Shown: positions 9,310 to 18,744, counted from the first letter of the stretch. The stretch is 64,000 nucleotides of DNA from Chloroflexota bacterium (GCA_964291655.2 OZ219802.1:2400001-2464000); one strand, 5' to 3'. A program made the numbers and translations. Notes: generated by a model not told the origin, from the letters alone.

Positions 9310-9477
9310 CCCTCTCCCGTCGAGGGAGAGGGAACTATTTCGCCACCGCTTGAGTTGCGCTAAGGTCTCCCTGGGGAGAGGGCTGGGGTGAGGGGAGATT
9401 CTTGTCTTGCCACGTTAGCGAGAACGTGTTGACATACAATATTAATCACTTGAGTGGTGCTCATTTGCCCCAAGTGT

Positions 9478-9503
9478 GCGCAGGTTGCAAACCTGCGCTA
9501 CCG
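9478..9503. repeat. REP-like palindrome family D (CGCAGGTT(G/A/T)CAAACCTGCGCTACCGG)
   Basis: Same hairpin recurs at about 30234-30260 and 37801-37827. Confidence 0.75.
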
Positions 9504-9570
9504 GAAATCGCAGTAGAATAGAATGGTGTGCGAAGACTCTTAGTTTTCTTGCCATTGAAGGACTCACCGC

Positions 9571-11328
9571 TTGAACATCGACGTTGCCACACTCACCGCT
9601 CTGCGGCGGGAATTCACCGAGAAGATCGTTGGCGGGCGAATTCAGCGCGTGCTGCATCCGGATAATCTTGCCGTAGCCCTTGAGATATGCGCGTACGGTG
9701 AGACGTGGTGGCTCATCATCAATGCCGCGCCGCAGGCGCCGAGACTCTATCTCACCCACGAGCGGCCGGCGCGCATGGATGACAACGTCACCCCGCTGCT
9801 GCTCCTACTGCGCAAGTACGTGCGTAACGGACGCCTCATCGCCGTGGAACAGCCGCCGTGGGAGCGGGTCTTGCAGTTTACGGTGCACGCGCGGGTGGAT
9901 GAGGACATTGTAGAGACCACATTGATTGCCGAGATCATGGGGCGTACGAGCAACCTGGTGCTGGTGGATGCCGACGGTGTCGTTCTCGATAGCATGAAGC
10001 GCGTGGACGCCTCCATCAATCGCTACCGGCAGGTAAAGCCGAAGCTGCCCTACGTCCCGCCGCCGCCGCTCAGCCGTCCCGATCCGTTTTCCGCAGAAGC
10101 TTCGTTGCTGGAAGCCGCCGCTCAGGCCGAGCCGAAACAGCCTGCCTGGCGTGTGCTGATGGGGCAGACAAGCGGCTGCGGACCGCTCATTGCCCGCGAA
10201 GCGGTATTTCGCGCTGCAGGCGAGGCCGTGGCGCCGGCGGCAGACGTTGTGTGGCAGGATGTCTTGGATGCGGCACAGGGCATCTTCACACAGGTAGACA
10301 GCGGCGAATTTACGCCAAGTCTGGCGCGCAAAGAAGACGGCGCGCTCGCCGCCTATGCTCCCTACGCTCTTACTATGTTCCCGCAATGCGAGACGCTCGA
10401 CTTGATGAGTGGAGCAATTGAGCAGTTCTACCGGGAGCAGGGCAAAGCGCCGCAACGACAGACGCGCGACCTGGGTCAGAAGCCCCTGCAAACTGCCCTT
10501 AAGGAGCGCATGGACCAGCTCCAGCAGAGGCGCCGCGCCCTGGAACGTCAAGAAGCCGAGGCCACTGATGCCGAGGAGTGGCGGCGCAAAGGTGATTTAG
10601 TCTTGGCGTACGGCTACAGCGTCGCGCCGGGCAGCAGCGAGATCGAGGTGGACGACGAAACTATTCGCATCGACCCACAGGAATCAGTAGCCGCGAATGC
10701 CGACACGTACTTCGCTGCCTACAAGCGCAAGAAACGGGCGCAGGAAGAGGTGCCGGGGCTGCTGCGTCGGGTCAAGAATGAATACGCCTACTGCGAGCAG
10801 ATGGAAGCTCTGCTGGAAGCCGCGGAGACGCCAACCGACGTGCGCGCGGTGCGCGATGAGTTGCGCGAGCAGGGCATCATGGGCGGCGGCCAAGAACGAA
10901 AGACCAAGAAACTACAAAGCAAAAAGCGCGGGAAAGGCAAGCGCGGCAGGCAGGTGGACGCGGGTGCGCAGCCGGTCTCGTTCTGGCTCGACGGCGTGCA
11001 GGTGCTCGTGGGTCGCAGCGGCGCGCAGAACGATGCCGCCCTGCGTCTGGCCGACGCCAACGACCTGTGGCTGCACGCGCGCAACGTGCCGGGCGCACAT
11101 ACACTGCTGCGCTCCGGCGGCCGCGACGTGCCGGAAAACATCATCAACCAGGCCGCCCAAATCGCCGCCTACTACAGCAAGCTGCGCGAGTCCACGAGCG
11201 CTGAAGTGGACGTTACCCGCCGCCGCTATGTGCGCCGCATCCCTCGTTCTCCCCCCGGCCTCGTCACGTATCGCAACGAGTACACCATTCGCGTGAAGCC
11301 CGAGCCGATACCCCAGCCGGAACGGTAG
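9571..11328 (+). CDS. rqcH: RqcH/Rqc2 (NFACT, FbpA-family) ribosome quality-control protein
   Basis: NFACT-N motif EIMGRTSNLVLVD, central coiled coil, NFACT-R motif DLWLHARNVPGAH...AAYYS; TTG start. Confidence 0.9.
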   Translation: MNIDVATLTALRREFTEKIVGGRIQRVLHPDNLAVALEICAYGETWWLIINAAPQAPRLYLTHERPARMDDNVTPLLLLLRKYVRNGRLIAVEQPPWERVLQFTVHARVDEDIVETTLIAEIMGRTSNLVLVDADGVVLDSMKRVDASINRYRQVKPKLPYVPPPPLSRPDPFSAEASLLEAAAQAEPKQPAWRVLMGQTSGCGPLIAREAVFRAAGEAVAPAADVVWQDVLDAAQGIFTQVDSGEFTPSLARKEDGALAAYAPYALTMFPQCETLDLMSGAIEQFYREQGKAPQRQTRDLGQKPLQTALKERMDQLQQRRRALERQEAEATDAEEWRRKGDLVLAYGYSVAPGSSEIEVDDETIRIDPQESVAANADTYFAAYKRKKRAQEEVPGLLRRVKNEYAYCEQMEALLEAAETPTDVRAVRDELREQGIMGGGQERKTKKLQSKKRGKGKRGRQVDAGAQPVSFWLDGVQVLVGRSGAQNDAALRLADANDLWLHARNVPGAHTLLRSGGRDVPENIINQAAQIAAYYSKLRESTSAEVDVTRRRYVRRIPRSPPGLVTYRNEYTIRVKPEPIPQPER

Positions 11329-11370
11329 GCAATTCAACCCAGCAATGTCCAGCGCAGCGGACGTATTGAA

Positions 11371-11770
11371 CGTCACTCCCGCGAAAGCGGGAGTCCATCG
11401 GCATCGCGAAGATGGATTCCCGCCTCTTCCGTTCGCCCTGAGCTTGTCGAAGGGCAAAGTGCTTGCGCGAAGAGTGCTTCGACAGGCTCAGCACGAACGG
11501 CACCCACCTATCCCGCTCACAATTCGACCGGGTCTTCGCGCAGCCAGCTGCGCAATGCCCTCAGCACGAACGATGCCATCTAACCCGTTCGCCCTGAGCT
11601 TGTCGAAGGGCAAAGTGGCTGCGCGAAGAGTGCTTCGACAGGCTCAGCACGAACGGTGCAAGTCTATCCCGTTCATGCTTCGACAGGGTCTTCGCGCAGC
11701 CGGTTTCGCACAGCCCTCAGCACGAACGATGCCATCTAACCCGTTCGCCCTGAGCTTGTCGAAGGGCAAA
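11371..11770. repeat. REP mosaic: one family C palindrome (11371-11397) followed by about 2.2 tandem 156-bp units of family B palindromes
   Basis: CCGTTCGCCCTGAGCTTGTCGAAGGGCAAAGTG starts at 11429, 11585 and 11741; inverted copies GTGCTTCGACAGGCTCAGCACGAACGG lie between; located between convergent genes. Confidence 0.9.
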
Positions 11771-11801
11771 GTGCGGAGGTGGAAAGACAAGCCATCGCCC
11801 G

Positions 11802-14081
11802 CTAACTAGTGCGCGGTGTCCAGTTCAAATGCCGGTCCAGAAACGGAAACGTCCCCGTGCCTTCAATCATGTGGCCGCCGTCGAAGTAGTAGATTTCGGC
11901 GCGGTCGGGAATTCTCAGGTCGGCGTAGCGGCGTTGCACTCTGGCGTATTCGTAGGCACACCATTCGTCGGAGGCCACGGCGTCGCGGTGGCCGCGCTCG
12001 ACCATGAAGGGGCGGGGCGCCATTAGGTAGGCCATCTCGGCGTAGTTGAAGGTCTGGCCCAGGTTGAACTCCTGCATCTCCCATTCGTGGTTGAACATGT
12101 AACCCGAAAAGTAGTCGGTACTGGCGCATTTGCGCGCCCACTCGTTGAAGTCGCCGGCGCAAATCGAAAGCGCATACTGGGTCAGCACCGTGGGAATGCG
12201 CATGGCCGCCTTGCCGCCGTAGGACAAGCCGTAGAAGCCAATGCGGTCGGGATCGACGAACGGCAGTGTGGAAAGCCAGCGGAGTTGCTGTTCGTGCTGC
12301 GCGATGGCAAAGGTGAACAGCGTCCAGCCCAACGGATTCGCCTTGCGCTGGAGCGTGCGGAATTCGTGGTAGCCGATGTAGGGATTCTGGGGAGCGTAGG
12401 TTATGTAACCGCGCTCGGCCAGCCGGGCGGCAAAGGCATGGTATGGGCCCTCTTCTTCCTTAATGACGTCTTCGGGACGTCCTTCCAATCCGTGCTGGCA
12501 GACAACCACCGGCCGCTGCTCTCCCGGCGCAATGCCCTTGGGCACCAGCAGGATGCCGTGGGTGAAGATGTCGGGGAGCACATCCAACGTTACTTCATAG
12601 CCATCCCAGGCGTCGCTCTCGCCGTAGGGGCGGCTGCGCGCGTTGAACGGCAGGCTGGGGTCGGGGCAGCGGCCGATAAGGTCTTCCCAGAAACGTTTTC
12701 TATACGTGGCGGCGGACTTTTCCCAGGCTTCCAGTGAGGAGGTATCCGCCTCCGACCAGAAGTCTTCACGGGTGCGCCACGCCACTTCCAAACGCTGCTG
12801 CACGTGGGTCACGATCTGATTGAATTGCCGCTGCATGCGGGCGGATGGGTCGAAATGGGTGCGGGCATCGCGGGGCGATGTCGCAGTTGTCGCGCCGCGT
12901 GGTTCCACACCCATGCCTTGCAGCAACGCCGTGAGCGCGGCATCCGAGCCCGGTCCGGAGTCCGTAGCAGAGGTTGCCGCGAGCACGAGACGGTCCGAGG
13001 CGTCGTGCGCGGCGAAAGCCGACTGCGCGCGGGCAACCTCTGCCTGAACTTCCGCGAGCGGCGCGGGTTCGATCTTGCCAGGAGCGCCAACGCGCCCGCG
13101 CACACGTTCAAGATCGGTAATGGGCGGCAAGCCGCTAATGGTAGGCGCGGCAGTTGCCTCAATAATCAAGGGACGCGGCGCGACCATGCTCGCGAGTTCG
13201 GCGTCACTGAAGCCGCGTAGCAGCCGCCAGACGTTGCGATATAGGGGCTCTTGCCACAATTGCGTGCGGTTGCGAAAGTGCCCGCTCACGCCGACTGCCG
13301 CGATCCGTTCATCCAGCGCCCCGCTATAGAGCGCCAGCAGGCCGCCCTCGCCATAGCCGAACACCGCCACCGGCACGTCTTCCGGCGCTTCCTGGGACGA
13401 GAAGTAGTCTACGAGCGCCAGGAGCTTTTGCACCTCATAGCCGATAACGTGCCGCCCCATCTCGCAGGCCATGCGGTAGATGTATTCGCGGTGGGGCTGG
13501 TCGGTCATGCGAATGGTCGGATTCCCCGACCACGTGTGCGCACGGTCGATGAGCAGCGGCACCACGACCTGACATCCCAATTCCACCATGCGCCGGGCGA
13601 ATTGCTGCTCCGGCGCCAAACCGGGCGCGAGCCCAGCCAGCATCTCCGGGGAACAATCGGCATCGGGCACCGCAATTACGTGGGCGATGGGTGGCTGCTT
13701 GGGCCGCAGGAGCAGGCCTTCGCCTTCCACACCGTCCAGCACCGGCCAGCGAATGGCGTGAATGTCGTATATCCGAGTAGCGGCGACACGGAAGGGGTCT
13801 GTGGTGGAGCAGACGAATTCCAGCGCCGAAACCGGCGTGCGGTCGTCAATGACGCCGATGATGCGTGCGAATTCCGCCCGCTTTTCTGCTGCGCTTTTTT
13901 TCAGTGTTTCGGCTGAAATCGCTTGCGATAGCAGCGCGGTCTCCGCTTCTCCGTCAGCGGCAGCGAGTTCACGGTCCAAGTAACGATGAATACCGGCAAT
14001 CATCTGTGCGGCGATGTCCCCCTCGAGGGAGAGGTCAGTTGTTCCCGGCAAGTGGGTTGACTCGTTATCAAGCTGGCTCAT
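11802..14081 (-). CDS. Tandem alpha/beta-hydrolase (dienelactone hydrolase / acetyl xylan esterase-like)
   Basis: Two hydrolase modules: AVFGYGEGG (degenerate) and IGFYGLSYGG (GxSxG), C-terminal GGH. Confidence 0.8.
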   Translation of the reverse strand: MSQLDNESTHLPGTTDLSLEGDIAAQMIAGIHRYLDRELAAADGEAETALLSQAISAETLKKSAAEKRAEFARIIGVIDDRTPVSALEFVCSTTDPFRVAATRIYDIHAIRWPVLDGVEGEGLLLRPKQPPIAHVIAVPDADCSPEMLAGLAPGLAPEQQFARRMVELGCQVVVPLLIDRAHTWSGNPTIRMTDQPHREYIYRMACEMGRHVIGYEVQKLLALVDYFSSQEAPEDVPVAVFGYGEGGLLALYSGALDERIAAVGVSGHFRNRTQLWQEPLYRNVWRLLRGFSDAELASMVAPRPLIIEATAAPTISGLPPITDLERVRGRVGAPGKIEPAPLAEVQAEVARAQSAFAAHDASDRLVLAATSATDSGPGSDAALTALLQGMGVEPRGATTATSPRDARTHFDPSARMQRQFNQIVTHVQQRLEVAWRTREDFWSEADTSSLEAWEKSAATYRKRFWEDLIGRCPDPSLPFNARSRPYGESDAWDGYEVTLDVLPDIFTHGILLVPKGIAPGEQRPVVVCQHGLEGRPEDVIKEEEGPYHAFAARLAERGYITYAPQNPYIGYHEFRTLQRKANPLGWTLFTFAIAQHEQQLRWLSTLPFVDPDRIGFYGLSYGGKAAMRIPTVLTQYALSICAGDFNEWARKCASTDYFSGYMFNHEWEMQEFNLGQTFNYAEMAYLMAPRPFMVERGHRDAVASDEWCAYEYARVQRRYADLRIPDRAEIYYFDGGHMIEGTGTFPFLDRHLNWTPRTS

Positions 14082-14265
14082 GATAATGGAAGTCCTTTAC
14101 TACCTCTACGCGTTCACCTGCACAGTAGCGCGGTAGTGGGCTTTGGCGCAACCGCGATGAAGTCTGGCAACGTCTTTTTCGGTGAACTCTGCGAGATATT
14201 GATGAGCGGACAGGAAATGGCTGAATAGGTGAAGACTTCCCCCTCACCCCGGCCCTCTCCCCCGG

Positions 14266-14600
14266 GAGACCTTTGCGTAAGTCTAGAGCAAGTGTGGCAG
14301 TCCCCTCTCCCTCTGGAGACCTTTGCATAACCCTTACTGAGGCGAGGATGTCCCCTCTCCCGGCGGGAGAGGGTTAGGGTGAGGGGGAATCTACTGAAAC
14401 CTCTCCAAATACATACCGATTCTGCATTGATATGTCATGACACTGCCCAACGCAAAGGGCAATGGCAGCAAAAAAAGGCCCCCTCACCCCAACCCTCTCC
14501 CCCAGGAGAGGGAGTGCCCCTGCCTGAAGGTGGGGTTATGCAATGGTCTCCAGAGGGAGAGGGGACTTTCCCGCCCCTGCAAGACTTTTTCAAGGGTCTC
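14266..14600. mobile_element. Outer GAGACC-ended MITE inserted in a REP hairpin and containing a second MITE
   Basis: Ends GAGACCTTTGCGTAAGTCT / AGACTTTTTCAAGGGTCTC; flanks CCCGG / CCCAG; preceded by CCCTCACCCCGGCCCTCTCC and followed by GGGAGAGGG. Confidence 0.75.
14316..14550. mobile_element. Inner GAGACC-ended MITE (235 bp) carrying two inverted REP copies; uninterrupted sibling of 6572-9369
   Basis: Ends GAGACCTTTGCATAACCC / GGGTTATGCAATGGTCTC; sits at the centre of hairpin CCCCTCTCCCTCTG..CAGAGGGAGAGGGG; the flanks are inverted rather than direct. Confidence 0.85.
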
Positions 14601-14787
14601 CCCAGGGAGAGGGTGTTTCGGGCGCCGGCTCGATGAACCGAGTCTAAACTCGAAAAGGGCTTTGCACAGCACTTAGCGCAGCACTAAGCGCGAACGGGAC
14701 GTACAATTACCGTTCGCCCACCGAATCAAGCTCGGAGCAGGCTTTGCACTACGCCGGTCGGGAGGCAAGAAGGCTCCCTCTCCCCAG

Positions 14788-14927
14788 GAAGCTGTCTCAC
14801 AAATGCATCGCTCAGTGTAGACTTGCCCTTCGACAAGCTCAGGGCGAACGTAACTGGCAGGAATCCGTTCGTGCTGAGCTTGTCGAAGCACGATGTGGCT
14901 TTTCGTGTCGACTCATGAGACAGCCTC
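14788..14927. mobile_element. MITE with GA(A/G)GCTGTCTCA..TGAGACAGCCTC ends inserted in a REP hairpin loop; cargo is a family B REP pair
   Basis: 12-bp inverted ends (11/12 match), flanks CCAG / CCGG, outer arms CCCTCTCCC and GAGAGGGTTGGGGTGAGGG; a truncated copy of the left part is at about 59653-59702. Confidence 0.75.
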
Positions 14928-15046
14928 CCGGTGAGAGGGTTGGGGTGAGGGGAGATTGCCATTTTCCGGACCACTTCCTTTTGCTTGGCACAGTATAATC
15001 TGATGCAGCGACTAGCAGAATTCAATGAGGGAAGTCCGGAACAGGC

Positions 15047-16267
15047 ATGAGCGGAGATTCTCCACTAGACATTGCCATCGTCGGCGGCGGCATCGTGGGT
15101 CTTTCAACGGCGTTCACGTTGGCCCAGCGTTACCGCGGCCTGGGCATCGCCGTCTTTGAAAAAGAAGCCGACATTGCCCAGCATCAGACCGGTCACAACA
15201 GCGGGGTCATCCACTCCGGCATTTACTACCGGCCGGGCTCGCTGCGCGCGCGCATGGCGGTGCAGGCATCCCAGCGCATGATGGACTTTTGCGCAGAGCA
15301 TGGCATTCCCTACGACCGCTGCGGCAAGGTGATCGTGGCCACCGCCGGGTCACAGGTTCCCGCCTTGGAAGAATTGCTGCGCCGCGGCGAAGCCAACGGC
15401 GTGCCGGGAGTGCGCATGATCGGGCCTGAGGAACTGAAGGCACTTGAGCCCTACGCCACAGGCATCCGCGCGCTTCACGTGCCGAGCGCCGGCATCGTAA
15501 ACTACAGCCTTGTCGCAGGGATGTACCGAAAACTCCTGGAAAGGGCCGGCGGTCAGGTGCGAACGGGCGCGGAGGTGTCCGCCATTGTCACAGAGCCAAA
15601 TGCGCTGCGGCTGGAGACGACCCTGGGTGACGTGCGAAGCAAACACGTGATCACGTGCGGCGGGCTGTATGCGGACCGCGTCAGCATAGCTGCCGGCTTG
15701 AATCCGCAGGTAAGAGTCGCGGCCTTTCGTGGCGAGTACTCCGAACTCGTGCCTGAGAAGCGGTACCTCGTGCGCAATCTCATCTATCCCGTATCCAATC
15801 CCGCTTTCCCGTTTCTCGGCGTCCACTTCACGCGGCGCATCAGTGGGGCAATCGAGGTGGGGCCGAACGCCGTGCTCGCCTTCAAGCGGCAGGGATATCG
15901 GTGGCGTGACGTGAGCGTCGGCGATACGCTGGAGATCTTGGGCTATGTGGGTTTCTGGCGCATGGCGGCGCGGTACTGGCGCACCGGACTGGGTGAAATG
16001 TACCGCTCATTGTATAAACAGGCCATGGTGAAAGAGTTGCAGAAGCTCGTGCCGGACGTCACCGGCAGGGACCTAAAGCGAGCGGGGGCGGGCGTGCGGG
16101 CCCAAGCGCTGGACCGGCAGGGGAACCTGGTGGATGACTTCCACATCGTGCAGGAATCACGCATGATCCACGTGCTCAATGCGCCTTCGCCTGCGGCGAC
16201 TGCCTCGCTGAGTATTGGTTCAGCCGTAGCGGACATGGCGGGTCAGTGGCTTGACCCTAAATCATGA
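15047..16267 (+). CDS. lhgO: L-2-hydroxyglutarate oxidase
   Basis: GGGIVG FAD motif, HQTGHNSGVIHSGIYY, PFLGVHFT, NAPSPAATASL. Confidence 0.92.
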   Translation: MSGDSPLDIAIVGGGIVGLSTAFTLAQRYRGLGIAVFEKEADIAQHQTGHNSGVIHSGIYYRPGSLRARMAVQASQRMMDFCAEHGIPYDRCGKVIVATAGSQVPALEELLRRGEANGVPGVRMIGPEELKALEPYATGIRALHVPSAGIVNYSLVAGMYRKLLERAGGQVRTGAEVSAIVTEPNALRLETTLGDVRSKHVITCGGLYADRVSIAAGLNPQVRVAAFRGEYSELVPEKRYLVRNLIYPVSNPAFPFLGVHFTRRISGAIEVGPNAVLAFKRQGYRWRDVSVGDTLEILGYVGFWRMAARYWRTGLGEMYRSLYKQAMVKELQKLVPDVTGRDLKRAGAGVRAQALDRQGNLVDDFHIVQESRMIHVLNAPSPAATASLSIGSAVADMAGQWLDPKS

Positions 16268-16390
16268 GCAGCCCACACGGAGTGAAGCTTAAGCTTGCAT
16301 TGGCGGCGCATGTAGATGTTATCTAGCGTCCGCGCAGACTGAATTCACGTGGCGAGCGAGCGTCGCTGCGGAGTGAAAGACAAAGAAAAC

Positions 16391-16560
16391 GAACACGCAC
16401 AACGTATAGGTGCGTTGCCGCGCACGCGCCCGAAACGGTATACTAGTTTAGATAACCAATGAGCCGGCACGAGGAATGTGCGTGTCAGGCTTTAGAAGGA
16501 AGTAACGTAGCGGTTAGTTTGACCGCTACAAGGTGCAGGAGTGCAGAAGGGGTCGCGAAC
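16391..16560 (+). promoter_or_regulatory. Candidate structured rpsB (S2) leader
   Basis: ACACGCACA (16393-16401) is the exact reverse complement of TGTGCGTGT (16477-16485); second hairpin GTAGCGGTT-AGTTT-GACCGCTAC upstream of the start. rpsB leaders are known autoregulatory elements. Confidence 0.45.
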
Positions 16561-16562
16561 GA

Positions 16563-17363
16563 ATGGCCGTAGCGAGTCTTAGGGATCTGTTTGACGCCGG
16601 CGTGCACTTTGGGCATCCCACCAATCGGTGGAATCCCAAGATGAAGCCGTACATCTACATGGCGCGAAGCAAGATCCACATCATCGATCTTGAAAAGAGC
16701 GCCAGCGGGCTGCAGGAAGCCTGCGATTTTGCCAGCGAACTGGCGTTGCATAACCGCGAAGTCTTGTTTGTCGGCACAAAGAAGCAGGCACAGGACATAG
16801 TGGAACAAGAGGCCTCCCGTGTCGGGATGCCGTTTGTGAATCAGCGCTGGCTTGGCGGCATGCTGACGAATTATTCCACGATCAGCCGGCGCTTAGCGAG
16901 AATGAAAGAAATGGAAGCCGAGCAGGCGAACAACGCCTGGCAGAGTTTCTCTAAGAAAGAGGTTGGCCGCCTCCAGGACCGCCTGGCAAAGCTCCAGCGT
17001 TTCTTCAACGGTATTCGCGACATGCACCGCTTACCTTCTGCTCTCTACGTGGTAGACACTGTGCGCGAGCACATTGCCGTCGCAGAGGCGCAGAAGCTTG
17101 GCATTCCCGTCATTGCGTTGCTCGACACCAATTGTGACCCCGATCAGGTGGACTTTTCGATTCCGGGCAATGACGATGCCATCAAGTCGATTCGTCTCAT
17201 TACGCATCTCATAGCAGACGCAATCAACCGGGGGCAAGAGCTGCGCGCGGCCCAATCGTCGGAGGCAGAAGCGGAGAAGGCCATGGAGGCAGTAGCTGCC
17301 GATCCTACGGCAGAAGAGGATATTGAATCCGGAGAAGTGGCTGCCGAAGAGGATGCGGGCTAA
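16563..17363 (+). CDS. rpsB: 30S ribosomal protein S2
   Basis: DAGVHFGH..RWNPKM, RWLGGMLTN, PGNDDAI. Confidence 0.98.
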   Translation: MAVASLRDLFDAGVHFGHPTNRWNPKMKPYIYMARSKIHIIDLEKSASGLQEACDFASELALHNREVLFVGTKKQAQDIVEQEASRVGMPFVNQRWLGGMLTNYSTISRRLARMKEMEAEQANNAWQSFSKKEVGRLQDRLAKLQRFFNGIRDMHRLPSALYVVDTVREHIAVAEAQKLGIPVIALLDTNCDPDQVDFSIPGNDDAIKSIRLITHLIADAINRGQELRAAQSSEAEAEKAMEAVAADPTAEEDIESGEVAAEEDAG

Positions 17364-17416
17364 GCTGCCGTCTTGTGGAATGACGCTACTACGCAGAGGG
17401 AGTTAGATTTCAAGAA

Positions 17417-17923
17417 ATGGCAACAGTGACGATCACGGATATCAAGTCGCTGCGCGAGGAAACCGGCGCGGGCATAATGGACTGCAAGCGAGCTCTGGAG
17501 GAAGCGAACGGGGACCATCAAGCGGCGAAGAAGCTTCTGGATGCGCAAGGATTGGCAAAAGCGGAGAAACGCGCCGGCAAAGAGGCTTCGCAGGGCTTAG
17601 TGCACTCGTATATCCACGGCAACGGACGGGTTGGCGTCCTCGTGGAAGTAAATTGCGAAACGGACTTTGTGGCGCGCACGGAAGAGTTTCAGAACCTCGT
17701 ACACGAGATTGCCTTGCACATTGCCGGCATGAGCCCGGAGTTTGTGAGCGAGGAAGAATTGCCCGAGGGATATGATGGCAATTCCGAAGAGACCGTGCTG
17801 CTGGCGCAGCCATTCGTACGCGACCCGTCGCTCACTGTTGCAGATCTCGTCACGCAGACCATTGCAAAGACCGGTGAGAATGTTGTCATTCGGCGCTTCT
17901 GCCGCTACGAACGCGGCATTTAG
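17417..17923 (+). CDS. tsf: Elongation factor Ts (short form)
   Basis: [26 protein letters not shown]; directly after rpsB. Confidence 0.97.
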   Translation: MATVTITDIKSLREETGAGIMDCKRALEEANGDHQAAKKLLDAQGLAKAEKRAGKEASQGLVHSYIHGNGRVGVLVEVNCETDFVARTEEFQNLVHEIALHIAGMSPEFVSEEELPEGYDGNSEETVLLAQPFVRDPSLTVADLVTQTIAKTGENVVIRRFCRYERGI

Positions 17924-17997
17924 AGAGCACGCGATGGACGCGTGCTCTTTTAGCATGTTGCGCTGGCGATCCGGCGCTGCACGAGCAGAGAGGTCCC

Positions 17998-18744
17998 ATG
18001 GCAATGCTACGCTATAAGCGCGTGCTGCTTAAGATTGGCGGCGAGGCGCTTATGGGGAAGGGCAAGGGCGAGTATGGCATAGATCTTGCTATCGCGCGCA
18101 ATATCGCCAAGCAGATCGCTTCCGCCCGCCGCTTAGGAGTACAGATAGGGGTCGTTATCGGCGGCGGCAATATCTGGCGGGGCGAGTTGGCAGCCGACCA
18201 GGGCATGGATCGTGCCACTGCCGATTATATGGGCATGCTGGCCACAGTCATCAATGCGTTGGCTCTGCAGGATGCGCTCTCGCGGGAAGGCCTGGACGCC
18301 CGTGTGCAGACGGCAATTGAGATGCGAGAAGTTGCCGAACCGTACATTCGCGCGCGTGCCATTGACCATCTGGAGCAGAACAGGGTTGTCGTCTTCAGCG
18401 CCGGTACGGGCAACCCCTTCTTCACGACCGATACGGCCGGCGCCCTGCGTGCCATGGAGATAAACGCAGAAATTCTCATAAAGGCCACGAAGGTTGACGG
18501 CGCCTTTGAGAGCGACCCAATTGAGAATCCGCATGCCAGGAAGTTTGACTACCTAACGTACCTCGACGCCCTCAACATGGGCCTAAAGGTGATGGATAGT
18601 ACCGCAATCTCGCTCTGCATGGAAAACAGCCTTCCCATAGCGGTCTTCAAGCTGGAACACTCCGGTGCCTTGGAGCGGTTGCTGCAGGGGGAACCGGTTG
18701 GGACCCTGATAGGAGATAGGGACGATGCTGGAGCCGATTCTTGA
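17998..18744 (+). CDS. pyrH: UMP kinase
   Basis: [37 protein letters not shown]. Confidence 0.97.
   Translation: MAMLRYKRVLLKIGGEALMGKGKGEYGIDLAIARNIAKQIASARRLGVQIGVVIGGGNIWRGELAADQGMDRATADYMGMLATVINALALQDALSREGLDARVQTAIEMREVAEPYIRARAIDHLEQNRVVVFSAGTGNPFFTTDTAGALRAMEINAEILIKATKVDGAFESDPIENPHARKFDYLTYLDALNMGLKVMDSTAISLCMENSLPIAVFKLEHSGALERLLQGEPVGTLIGDRDDAGADS

Larger units (their letters stand above)
6572..9369. mobile_element. GAGACC-ended ~235-bp MITE expanded to 2.8 kb by two nested IS481 insertions
   Basis: Ends GAGACCTCTGCATAAC / GTTGCGCTAAGGTCTC, flanking direct repeat CCTGG (6567-6571, 9370-9374), inside a REP hairpin. Removing both IS plus one TSD copy each leaves a sequence colinear with the reverse complement of 14316-14550. 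Confidence 0.85.

Noticed and set aside
8073-9353. 426-aa plus-strand ORF over IS481 copy B
   Set aside because: Antisense shadow of the transposase; the equivalent frame in copy A is broken.
11429-11770. Possible CRISPR array
   Set aside because: Period is 156 bp, the spacers are near-identical, repeats occur in both orientations and elsewhere in the window, and there are no cas genes.
11345-11809. 154-aa ORF with repeated PFALSLSKGK / LRQAQHER
   Set aside because: It is the translation of the family B REP array; the same peptide words appear in spurious ORFs at every REP cluster.
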